This document shows positions 1 through 8,397 of a DNA stretch of 12,105 bases, in pieces. The notes under the pieces were generated by a model. That model did not search any database and was not told the origin of the DNA. It worked only from the letters and a program-made list of their open reading frames with translations. Each line of letters starts with the position of its first letter. The first letter of the stretch is position 1. Source of the DNA: an uncultured archaeon (GTDB lineage: Archaea > Asgardarchaeota > Hermodarchaeia > Hermodarchaeales > Hermodarchaeaceae). The position numbers and the translations under genes were made by a program. Location: positions 1 to 12,105 of the forward strand of contig CAYFXC010000033.1 of NCBI GenBank assembly GCA_964347045.1. The letters are read 5' to 3'.

Positions 1-2
1 AT

Positions 3-3000
3 GTCAGCACCACGTGGCCTGTTACATTCGACTACACCTATGAAAGCGAGTTTTCGCGAGTATTCAGTGGCTTAACTGATTTCTGGGCAAGCGAACAATG
101 GTTGATAACAAATTGGAATATTACAACCTCAATTCTCTTTCCTAACATTAACGCGGATGTCAATAGTCGTACCATTAACTTTTCTTTACCTGCATATTGG
201 AAAGCGCAAGCTCTTTTGAATGGGACTAATCTTGTGCCGTTTTCCAGATTCAAAGACAATAGCACAAATCCTGGACTCCCTGGTTGGCTTTTTATTGATG
301 AACCAGGCGGTGCGGGAAATGGTACAATGTGGCGTGTTGTCTCTTTTGATCTAAACTATGTTCAGACACCCATTATCCGTCGAGCGGGTATTGATGTTAC
401 GGGGCAAGAAGTCAATATCACCAACCTGCTCGTTGTCTCGTCTCAACTTTCAATCTTCAATGATGGAGAAGGACGATTTACACCTTACGATGAGCTTGGT
501 GGTCCATTGAATGAATGGTCACAAACCCCGGATGGAGGTGGATTACTAACGTTTCCAGCATTCACCCCATCTTTCTATTCAATAACCAATGTTACCATGC
601 GCTGTGAAGTGGTATGGAATAACAGTTTTCATGCGGGAGTCAGAGTGAGTAGTGTTGATTTAGTGTATCCGACATCTTTGACCGGAGACCCCGATACATA
701 CACGAGTTTAATTGGTGATAGTGTCAACATCCGAGTTTATTATTTTGATTTAGAAAACTTCCAAGGTGTACCGTACGCAGAGGTTAATGTGACCTTCAGT
801 GGATCAACATATTCGCTTAGCGATGTGAGTGCAGGATATTATGAGAGTTCTTTAGATACGGGGATAATGGGCTTAGGGCGTGGCGTGCATACTGGTTTGG
901 TTAAGGCTGACAGAGATGGCTATTCTCCAACCACAACGTCTGTGACGCTAACTTTGTGGTCGAAGACTCAGTTAGTTGCGAACTGGACAGCTCTTTCGAT
1001 TAACTACACTGAGAGCGTTGTTTTAGAGGTAAATTATTCGATTTTCACCCCGCTTGGGGAGGGTGGAATCACTGGGGCATTAGTGAACATTTCAGGACCC
1101 GGATATTTCAACTGGACATCTGAACAAGGAGGCGGGAATTATTCAATTCTTTTAGATGGTATGATTCTGGGTGTAGGCACACATAATCTGGTGGTAAATG
1201 CCTCGAAGCCTGGAATGTATATCCAAGAAAATTCGCTTCTTGTGACATTAATCGTTGAAGGAGAACCCACCACAATCACAGGAAGTGCTCCTGGAACCGT
1301 ATATGGTGGTGAAGTCTTTAATGTCACTATAACTTATCGAAAGCAATCAGATGGAACTGGTATCACAGGTGCCAGTGTTTCCTGTTTGCTTAATGATACA
1401 CCGTTCTTCGGGTTTACTGTCTTTGATTTACTTAATGGTACATATCATGTGCAATTTGTGCTCAATGTTAGTGGCAATCCAGCAGCCTACAATATAACAC
1501 TTACTGCTTCTCTTAGTGGATTTGAAGACGCAACCTACGACACTTTGGTTGATGTGTTGATTCGCCCAACTACAATTCTCGTTCAAGTGCTCTCGCCTTC
1601 GCCCGTTGTGTATAATGCACAATTTCAGCTACTTGTGACCTACCAAGATATGTCCGCACAAGGAGTAGTTGGAGCGGTAATTCAAAGCAACTGGTCGATT
1701 ATGAACATCAATGATAATTTTGATGGCACATACACGATAAGATGTATAACCACTGGTTCAAGTGCAGGATGGTGGACGGTTAGTTTCAACATTAGCGCCC
1801 AAAATTATGAGATTGAGTACTTCAGTGAGACGTTCTACTTGGTTTGGGCAACATTACTTACTCCTCAAGATGGGGATTATTCTCCCAGTGAATACGAAAA
1901 TGAAACTCTGATTCTTGATGTCCTCTTTTGGGATGACAGTAATAATTTGGGTATTGATGGTGCAACGGTGTGGGTAGTCTTTCAAAGTGTTACACATAAT
2001 CTTGTTTCGATGGGAAGTGGCGTTTACCGATTTAGTTTGAATCTTACAGATGTCACTCCAGCAACTTATCCATTGGTTGTATATGCCCAACGAACAAATT
2101 ATGAGAACCAGACTCTGAGTTTGAACTTGCAAGTATTAGCAAAATATGATTCACTTCTAGTCATCGATTTGCCCCTTCCGATCAATATTGTTGAGGGGCA
2201 CGAAGTTGCTGTGATCGTTACTTTAACCTTCACAAATAATACACCCATACCTGATGCGAATGTTAGTCTTACCGTGGAGGTTAATTATGCCAATGGGACA
2301 CGGCAGATGTTGTATTCGCAAACAATCATAACTGATGTCTTTGGGACGCGGATAGTTCTGGTCCAGCTTCCCTTGTATTCACCTGAATTTTGGGCGAATG
2401 CAGATGAGGCGCCTTACCTTGGGGCAAGGGCTGATTATAATGGCACACGGGAGATTTCTTCAGATTCGGCAAGTAATTCCGAGATGATTTCACAGAATCC
2501 AGCGATTCCATGGTGGATCGAACTTTTGATGTTCCTTCTTCCGTTTATCGTCTTATTCATTATCGTGATTATTATTATCTGGGCATACTATGTGAAGCGT
2601 GTTAAACCGAAAAAACTCGCACAACAACAAGCACTTGAGCAGAGCGCGAGCAACTGGGCTCAACGTATGATGGGATTAATGGATCTGCGTGCTCTTTTTG
2701 TGACCTACTCAAAGACCGGGTTACCCATTTTTACCTATGATTTCGCAGGGGGGGAGATGCCTAGCACCTTATTATCTGGTTTTCTTTCGGCCGTTAACGC
2801 GTTTTACAGTGAGTTATCCGGTGAGTTGGACCGAGAATCCCAGCTCCGTGACATTCACTACAAGGACTTACATCTCAGTTTACGTGAAGGGCAATATGTG
2901 GTGAGCGTCTTGATTCTTGATTCTTCGCCCAGTGAGGTACTGACTCAATCCTTGGCCCAGTTTACTACCGAATTTGAGTCACGGTTTACAAACGAGCTAC

Positions 3001-3347
3001 AGACCTTCGATGGGCGAATTGATGTCTTTGATCCGGGAATAGAAATCGTTGAGGAAAGTTTTCACGGAGAATTACTCGTTGCATACGAGTGTGTAAAGGC
3101 TCCTTCTCGCGGATTTACCCGCAAGATATACGATTTAGCCCTGAACCTCGCTGATCAAGAAGGGCGCCTTTATTTACCTCAGCTTTTTGTTGCGTCCATC
3201 GAGAAATATGGAGCCAAAAGAAAATTCGATATAGCCAACGCCCTCGAAAAACTTCATGAGCAAGGATGCCTTGTTCCCGTAAATGCAAATACGGATATAA
3301 TACAAGATCAATCGGATAACCAAGCCGACTCGTCTTCATTTTTCTAG
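3..3347 (+). CDS. Large single-pass membrane protein, 5'-truncated by the window edge: extracellular Ig-like/beta-sandwich repeats, TM helix, cytoplasmic longin-like domain and C-terminal winged-helix-like region
   Basis: The frame of ORF 102..3347 is open back to position 3 (VSTTWPVTFDY...), so the true start lies outside the window. It has ~100-aa beta-rich repeats (GITGAxV...NGTYxI..., KxGYE-like) and many NxS/T sequons. The hydrophobic stretch WWIELLMFLLPFIVLFIIVIIIIWAYYV (nt ~2511-2594) is followed by KRVKPKK (positive-inside rule). The tail has LFVTYSKTGLPIF...LLSGFLSAVNAFYSE...LAQFTTEFESRF...FDGRIDVF, which resembles Asgard longin-like domains. Confidence 0.8.
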   Translation, partial: VSTTWPVTFDYTYESEFSRVFSGLTDFWASEQWLITNWNITTSILFPNINADVNSRTINFSLPAYWKAQALLNGTNLVPFSRFKDNSTNPGLPGWLFIDEPGGAGNGTMWRVVSFDLNYVQTPIIRRAGIDVTGQEVNITNLLVVSSQLSIFNDGEGRFTPYDELGGPLNEWSQTPDGGGLLTFPAFTPSFYSITNVTMRCEVVWNNSFHAGVRVSSVDLVYPTSLTGDPDTYTSLIGDSVNIRVYYFDLENFQGVPYAEVNVTFSGSTYSLSDVSAGYYESSLDTGIMGLGRGVHTGLVKADRDGYSPTTTSVTLTLWSKTQLVANWTALSINYTESVVLEVNYSIFTPLGEGGITGALVNISGPGYFNWTSEQGGGNYSILLDGMILGVGTHNLVVNASKPGMYIQENSLLVTLIVEGEPTTITGSAPGTVYGGEVFNVTITYRKQSDGTGITGASVSCLLNDTPFFGFTVFDLLNGTYHVQFVLNVSGNPAAYNITLTASLSGFEDATYDTLVDVLIRPTTILVQVLSPSPVVYNAQFQLLVTYQDMSAQGVVGAVIQSNWSIMNINDNFDGTYTIRCITTGSSAGWWTVSFNISAQNYEIEYFSETFYLVWATLLTPQDGDYSPSEYENETLILDVLFWDDSNNLGIDGATVWVVFQSVTHNLVSMGSGVYRFSLNLTDVTPATYPLVVYAQRTNYENQTLSLNLQVLAKYDSLLVIDLPLPINIVEGHEVAVIVTLTFTNNTPIPDANVSLTVEVNYANGTRQMLYSQTIITDVFGTRIVLVQLPLYSPEFWANADEAPYLGARADYNGTREISSDSASNSEMISQNPAIPWWIELLMFLLPFIVLFIIVIIIIWAYYVKRVKPKKLAQQQALEQSASNWAQRMMGLMDLRALFVTYSKTGLPIFTYDFAGGEMPSTLLSGFLSAVNAFYSELSGELDRESQLRDIHYKDLHLSLREGQYVVSVLILDSSPSEVLTQSLAQFTTEFESRFTNELQTFDGRIDVFDPGIEIVEESFHGELLVAYECVKAPSRGFTRKIYDLALNLADQEGRLYLPQLFVASIEKYGAKRKFDIANALEKLHEQGCLVPVNANTDIIQDQSDNQADSSSFF

Positions 3348-3451
3348 AAAACACCTATCCGCTTGACATAAATTGTGACAGTTATACCTCGTGAAGAAGT
3401 TTTTTGAATACCACGCAATAATGATGGTAGAAGAATGGAGTTAGAAAAGGA

Positions 3452-4222
3452 ATGTTTGCAAAACGTGCCACCGCCGCAAAATTAGCGATCCAAGACATTC
3501 AAGAAGGAGATTTAATTGCAAATGACCAAGGGAATGTTGTGGGCGTTGAAACATTTCTTGGACAAGTAAGCCGTGTAAATGTGATTGCAACAGTTGTAGA
3601 TCGGTATCAAGCAACCCAAGAACGGCTGGAAGATGACGGAGGAGGTTTTGCTACCATAACACTCGATGATGGCACTGGCGTGATACGAGCCAAAATGTGG
3701 GGTGACCTAGCAGCAAAGCTAGCGGACATTCAAGTGGGCAATTTAGTATTGGTAATCGGTCGAGTTCGCAGTTTTCAAGGCGAAACCTACATCAACGGTG
3801 AAGTCGTCCGACGATTAGAAGACCCCAATTGGGAAACTATTCGGCTCATGGAACTGCAGCTATCCCGTGAAGATCCCCACAGGCTTGAAGCACGATTTGG
3901 CGGTAGCAGACCTGTACCCGTGATTGAAGAAGCTCCACCAGAACTAGAAACGCAGAAAGAATTGGAACCGGGAGTATGGCATAGCGCGACAGCAACATTA
4001 GATCAGCCTACAGAAGACGATTCCGTAATTCCAACTCCCGAACTACGACGGAAGGTGCTTGAAACTATTGTGAAATACGACGCGGATGGTGGCGCGCGCT
4101 TTGAACAGATACTTGAGGTAACCGGTGATGTGACTGAAGAGGTTGTTGAGCAGGTACTCATTGATCTCCTCAGTGAAGGCGTTGTCTATGAACCTGAAAT
4201 CCATCGCTATAAAAAATCCTAA
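3452..4222 (+). CDS. OB-fold ssDNA-binding protein, RPA2/RPA32-like, with C-terminal winged helix
   Basis: OB-fold motifs VSRVNVIATVV, TLDDGTGVIRAKMW, LVLVIGRVRSFQGE and DPNWE are present. An acidic/Pro linker leads to a wHTH-like C-terminus (VEQVLIDLLSEGVVYEPEIHRYK). Confidence 0.85.
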   Translation: MFAKRATAAKLAIQDIQEGDLIANDQGNVVGVETFLGQVSRVNVIATVVDRYQATQERLEDDGGGFATITLDDGTGVIRAKMWGDLAAKLADIQVGNLVLVIGRVRSFQGETYINGEVVRRLEDPNWETIRLMELQLSREDPHRLEARFGGSRPVPVIEEAPPELETQKELEPGVWHSATATLDQPTEDDSVIPTPELRRKVLETIVKYDADGGARFEQILEVTGDVTEEVVEQVLIDLLSEGVVYEPEIHRYKKS

Positions 4223-4384
4223 AAGAAACCAAATCCTTTTGAGCACAATCGACGTCAGCCAGACACCCTATTAGTCGTCCAAAACCTGAGCGAATTTAAA
4301 ATCTCAAGTACTCATTTGCGTAAAACAGAGATTTTATCAATCCGCAAAACCATCAATTGGATGTGTATTGTGAGGCGAACCTAC

Positions 4385-4939
4385 GTGCCACCAAAAACAA
4401 CGGAGAAAACCCCCAAAACCGGAAAACCCAAATCCAGTGCTAAGCCGAAGGCAAAGCCGAAGGCAAAGCCGAAGGCAAAGCCAACTACAAAGGTAAAAGC
4501 AAAGATAAAAACCACGAAATCACAAACTTTGAAAACCGATGATTACGAATCATTACTAAAGCGTGCTCGTGATGAGATTCCTCCAGAAGTTTTTGAGCAA
4601 CCCCGGTTTCAGGTTCCCCGCGTTGACTCATTCATTCAAGGGTCTCGAACAGTAGTTCGGAATTTTAAGGATCTCACCGATACACTGCGTCGTGATCCGA
4701 AGCACCTTCTCCGCTATCTTGCCCATGAACTCGCGACTGCAGCCGAAATCCGAAGACCACAAGCCATCTTTAGTGGTCGATTTACATCCAGTGTGCTAGA
4801 AGATCTTATGGTGAAATATACCGAAGAGTTCGTAGTCTGTCCAATTTGTCAGCGTCCTGATACCGAGATGCGACGTGAAGACCGCCTCCTCATGCTTGTT
4901 TGTAGTGCTTGTGGAGGACGAACACCATTAAAGGGGTAA
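4385..4939 (+). CDS. eif2b: Translation initiation factor aIF2 beta subunit with a Lys-rich N-terminal extension
   Basis: Core motifs YESLLKRA, RFQVP, GSRTVVRNF, LRRDPKHL and the zinc ribbon CPICQRPDT...CSACG are present. I moved the start from TTG 4316 to the in-frame GTG at 4385, which follows an SD-like GTGAGG (~4370-4375). Confidence 0.93.
   Translation: MPPKTTEKTPKTGKPKSSAKPKAKPKAKPKAKPTTKVKAKIKTTKSQTLKTDDYESLLKRARDEIPPEVFEQPRFQVPRVDSFIQGSRTVVRNFKDLTDTLRRDPKHLLRYLAHELATAAEIRRPQAIFSGRFTSSVLEDLMVKYTEEFVVCPICQRPDTEMRREDRLLMLVCSACGGRTPLKG
4439..4482 (+). repeat. 12-bp tandem repeat (GCAAAGCCGAAG, ~3.7 copies) encoding (AKPK)n within aIF2-beta
   Basis: Read directly: GCTAAGCCGAAG GCAAAGCCGAAG GCAAAGCCGAAG GCAAAGCC. 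Confidence 0.95.
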
Positions 4940-4959
4940 AGATAAAGGGGGAAAATGCT

Positions 4960-5259
4960 ATGCAAGTCTATCTAAACCAGATGCGCCGTGAAGGCGAGCA
5001 TATTGTCGCTATATGTGACCAAAATATTCTGGGTGAATCCTTTGAAGAGGGAGACCGCTGCATCCACATTAGTGAGAGATTCTACAAAGGAAAACTTGTA
5101 TCAGTTGAAGAGGGATTGGCAGCAATGGGGAAGGCTACAATAGCGAATATTGTTGGCGAAAATATTGTCAACGAAGCGTTGAAAGCACATTTGATCCATG
5201 AACGGGGGATTATTCGCATTCAAAATGTTCCCCATGCACAAGTAGTAGTAACGAAATGA
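4960..5259 (+). CDS. DUF424 family protein
   Basis: Motifs IVAICDQNILG, ISERFYKG, ATIANIVGENIV and VPHAQV are present. The gene sits at the usual position beside aIF2-beta. The start was moved to ATG 4960, after AGGGGG. Confidence 0.88.
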   Translation: MQVYLNQMRREGEHIVAICDQNILGESFEEGDRCIHISERFYKGKLVSVEEGLAAMGKATIANIVGENIVNEALKAHLIHERGIIRIQNVPHAQVVVTK

Positions 5260-5265
5260 GGAACC

Positions 5266-6360
5266 ATGACATACCAATGTCCTAAATGTGGAAAAGCCCC
5301 TACCAAAACTCAACCCTTTATCGAAGGCTTTTGCGCTACTTGTTATTTTGATGAGCATCCATTAATTACACTTCGCCGGCCACCTGAAGCTAAAATTTGT
5401 CCGCGTTGCCAAGCCTATTATATCAGTGGGCGATGGGTTAGTCAAACTGATCAAACGGACGAAGCACACCTCTTTGAGATGGTATGTTCCCTCCTCGACC
5501 CCTTATTTTCACCGAGTAAACCTGCCGGATTTGCGGTTCAACTGCAAGAACTCCCGGATAGTCCGCTCTCTAAAGCCAAAGAAATACCTATTGAAGTTAA
5601 TGCTCAGGCAAAGGACCACGCATATACAGAGCAAAAAGTTGTGTCTATTCCGATTACCCCAACCCTCTGCACGCAATGCAGGCAATCTGCAGGAGGATAT
5701 TTCGAAGCCGTCTTACAAATTCGATCCTCTTCAGGAAAATTATCACAGACTCAAGCCGATCAGATAGCTGAGTTTCTTAGTAAACGTCTTACTGATTCGG
5801 ATTTGCCTCCAACCTCACTGCAATATTCAGAAACGCGTGGCGGATTTGATGTTAAATGTATGACCGGGCGCCTTGGTCGCACACTTGCCAAGGATTTGTC
5901 TGAAAAGTTTGGTTTAACTCAAAAAATCTCTAGTAAGATTGTCGGACGAACCCGTGAAGGAAAAAACCTTCGACGCGACACCTACTCACTTCGATTCCCT
6001 CTGTATCAGGTTGGCGACGTGATTATTTACAAAGAAGCCCCCTTTATGATAACTAGCCTTCGGAATGGTCGGTATGTTCTTACAAACCTCGAATCGCAAC
6101 ACCGTGAAACGTTAAGCCCAAAGGATCTGAGTGAGCTTGATGCCGCCTTTTTAAATGACGAGGTTCACACTTTCCAGGTTATCTCCGTGGAAGAGGATGT
6201 TGTCCAATTAATGGACCAAGAAGAGTTTACATTGTATGATCTCCCACGCCCTGAAAGGGAATTGCCAATTGGTTCAATAGTCTCGGCTATTGAGTGGAAA
6301 AATCACTTAATTCTTTTAACAAAAGATGATGCCCCAAGCATCGAAAACACCGATAAGTGA
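5266..6360 (+). CDS. nmd3: NMD3 family ribosome biogenesis protein
   Basis: Four CxxC pairs (CPKC, CATC, CPRC, CTQC), the signature GGYFEAVLQIR and a C-terminal beta-rich OB-like region. Confidence 0.92.
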   Translation: MTYQCPKCGKAPTKTQPFIEGFCATCYFDEHPLITLRRPPEAKICPRCQAYYISGRWVSQTDQTDEAHLFEMVCSLLDPLFSPSKPAGFAVQLQELPDSPLSKAKEIPIEVNAQAKDHAYTEQKVVSIPITPTLCTQCRQSAGGYFEAVLQIRSSSGKLSQTQADQIAEFLSKRLTDSDLPPTSLQYSETRGGFDVKCMTGRLGRTLAKDLSEKFGLTQKISSKIVGRTREGKNLRRDTYSLRFPLYQVGDVIIYKEAPFMITSLRNGRYVLTNLESQHRETLSPKDLSELDAAFLNDEVHTFQVISVEEDVVQLMDQEEFTLYDLPRPERELPIGSIVSAIEWKNHLILLTKDDAPSIENTDK

Positions 6361-6412
6361 GCAATTTTATATACTGGACATCCTGTTGTAGCCCATCTAA
6401 TTTAGGAGCATT

Positions 6413-6766
6413 ATGATGTCGAAACCCAAACGTAAAGGCAAAGGTAAAGGAAGACGGAGCTTTAAGGGTCAGTCCCGCCAAGACGGTGAAGTCGTTCGTG
6501 TACGAATTCCCGTGGAGGGTGAAGTACTTGGTATTGCAGTTCAATTACTGGGCTATGATCGAGTTCGCGTCAAATGCGCAGATGGGAAAGCGCGGCTCTG
6601 TCGAATTCGTGGAACCTTAAAGAAACGCGTTTGGATTCGTGAAGGAGATGTAGTTCTTGTGGCACCTTGGGATTTTCAAACGGACCAAAGAGGCGATATC
6701 ATTTGGCGGTACTCCCAAGGCGAGGCCGGATGGCTGGAACGCCGTGGCTATCTAAAAATCGAGTAG
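6413..6766 (+). CDS. eif1a: Translation initiation factor aIF1A
   Basis: Motifs LLGYDRVRVKCADGKARLCRIRG, KKRVWIREGDVVLVAPWDFQ and GDIIWRY. An SD AGGAG lies just upstream. Confidence 0.97.
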   Translation: MMSKPKRKGKGKGRRSFKGQSRQDGEVVRVRIPVEGEVLGIAVQLLGYDRVRVKCADGKARLCRIRGTLKKRVWIREGDVVLVAPWDFQTDQRGDIIWRYSQGEAGWLERRGYLKIE

Positions 6767-6817
6767 ACCAGCGAAAGTGGATTCGCTTTTTACCTTCAAG
6801 TGATAAGTATATTCACT

Positions 6818-7519
6818 ATGTTAGTTCTTGGGCTCATCGAAACCGCCTTAGAATTGGTGCCCGCAGATCTTGCCAACAATATCGTAGTTGTGGGTAATGC
6901 ACAAATGCGTGGAAAGCCACCTACTCAGATATTACTTGATGAAAGATTTCATTCAAAGGCGCTTCAAGGACTTCCAGATGCCGAAAAGCGAGGACGCCCT
7001 GATATTGCCCATCGGAGTCTTTTAGTGGCATTAGACAGTGTTCTAGCCCGAGAAGACCAACTTGAGGTGTTCGTTCAAACCTATTCGGGGGAAATAATCC
7101 AGATAACCCGGGGAACCCGATTACCCCGTCGGATACAGCGTTTCGTAGGACTCATAGAGCAATTACTACTAAACAAACGAGTACCACCACAGGGAGAACC
7201 CTTACTCCAAGTAATCCCAGGAGATTTGGAAACCTTTCTTAAAGAATTGAAGCCGAGTCAGATTGTGCTCCTTTCTGAGAAAGGAACTCCAATGTCACCA
7301 ACCAATCTTGCGAAATCCCTTGCACAAGAGACCAAACCCTTAGTCCTTGTGGGGGGATTTGCCCACGGTGAAGAGAAATTAAATTTAGCAAAATTGGTGG
7401 ATCGACAAGTTAGTTTTGATCCAGAGCCTTTGCCTACGTCAACCATTGTGGGCATGTTAATCCATAGCATGGAACAAGTTCTTGATCTGAGCACCCACCG
7501 GTTTCACAGGTCCAAATAG
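6818..7519 (+). CDS. nep1: Nep1/Emg1 SSU rRNA pseudouridine-N1 methyltransferase (SPOUT family)
   Basis: Motifs ALELVP, RGRPDIAH, RLPRRIQRFVGLIEQLL, LSEKG and VGGFAHG. The start is probably ATG 6818 (MLVLGLIETALELVP) rather than GTG 6800. Confidence 0.93.
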   Translation: MLVLGLIETALELVPADLANNIVVVGNAQMRGKPPTQILLDERFHSKALQGLPDAEKRGRPDIAHRSLLVALDSVLAREDQLEVFVQTYSGEIIQITRGTRLPRRIQRFVGLIEQLLLNKRVPPQGEPLLQVIPGDLETFLKELKPSQIVLLSEKGTPMSPTNLAKSLAQETKPLVLVGGFAHGEEKLNLAKLVDRQVSFDPEPLPTSTIVGMLIHSMEQVLDLSTHRFHRSK

Positions 7520-7612
7520 CGTGCCTGGACAAAAGATAACAAACTTTATGAACTGCGAATTGGCGCTACCATCCGCAAACTGTGTAATTTCATAGCGAAT
7601 CCGTTGCACACA

Positions 7613-7620
7613 GGAGGTGA
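7613..7620 (+). promoter_or_regulatory. Strong Shine-Dalgarno site (GGAGGTGA) for rio1
   Basis: GGAGGTGA ends 6 nt before GTG 7627. Confidence 0.8.
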
Positions 7621-7626
7621 AAAATC

Positions 7627-8397
7627 GTGTCTGATAAAGTAAATCGATTAGAAGAACGCTTGGACAAGGCGCGTATGCGTATCAAGCGCTCTGAAGACCG
7701 TCAAGTTATCGAATCAGTTTTCGACACGAGAACGCTCCTGACCCTCTACAACATGTTCAATAAACGGATTCTAGAAGAAATCAATGGTGTGATCTCCACA
7801 GGGAAAGAAGCCAATGTGTATTGGGGAGTCCAACCGGATGGAGCAGATGTCGCCATTAAGATCTATCGAATTGCTACTTTCAACTTCAAACGTATAACGA
7901 TGTATCTTGAAGGTGATCCACGCTTTGTCCGAATTCCTCGAGCCCGAAGTGGGCTCATTACGGCCTGGGCTTCGAAAGAATTCAAAAATCTCTTACGGGC
8001 AGAAGCGGCTGGAGTGCGTGTTCCTCACCCAATTCATGTCCAACGCAATATTCTGGTCATGGAATTCATTGGTGAAGAGGGGTTACCAGCCCCTACCATG
8101 CACCAACAGGAACCCGAAAAACCTGAACCAACACGCAATACAATCCTTCAAGCCATTTCAACGCTCTACCATGACGCTAATTTAGTCCATGCGGACTTGA
8201 GCGAATATAACATCATGCTCTGGAAAGAACCGGTACTCATCGACATTTCACAAGCCGTTGTATTAGATCACCCTCACAGTGAGATGTTTTTTGAACGTGA
8301 TATCCGCAATATCGTTGCCTATTTTGACAACTTCGACATCCCGAAACTTGATTTAACTGAAACCATTACCGCTATTCGCCAAGGTGACTACAAATGA
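7627..8397 (+). CDS. rio1: RIO1 atypical Ser kinase/ATPase (SSU maturation)
   Basis: Motifs STGKEANVY, AIKIYR, WASKEFKNL, LVMEFIG, LVHADLSEYN and IDISQAV. Confidence 0.96.
   Translation: MSDKVNRLEERLDKARMRIKRSEDRQVIESVFDTRTLLTLYNMFNKRILEEINGVISTGKEANVYWGVQPDGADVAIKIYRIATFNFKRITMYLEGDPRFVRIPRARSGLITAWASKEFKNLLRAEAAGVRVPHPIHVQRNILVMEFIGEEGLPAPTMHQQEPEKPEPTRNTILQAISTLYHDANLVHADLSEYNIMLWKEPVLIDISQAVVLDHPHSEMFFERDIRNIVAYFDNFDIPKLDLTETITAIRQGDYK

Noticed and set aside
4316-4384. Longer aIF2-beta start at TTG 4316
   Set aside because: This stretch contains TATA-like and SD-like elements and gives an implausible peptide. GTG 4385 fits better.
7580-7613. CTGTGT/ACACAG hairpin abutting the rio1 SD
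   Set aside because: It has only 6 bp with a large loop and cannot be distinguished from chance.
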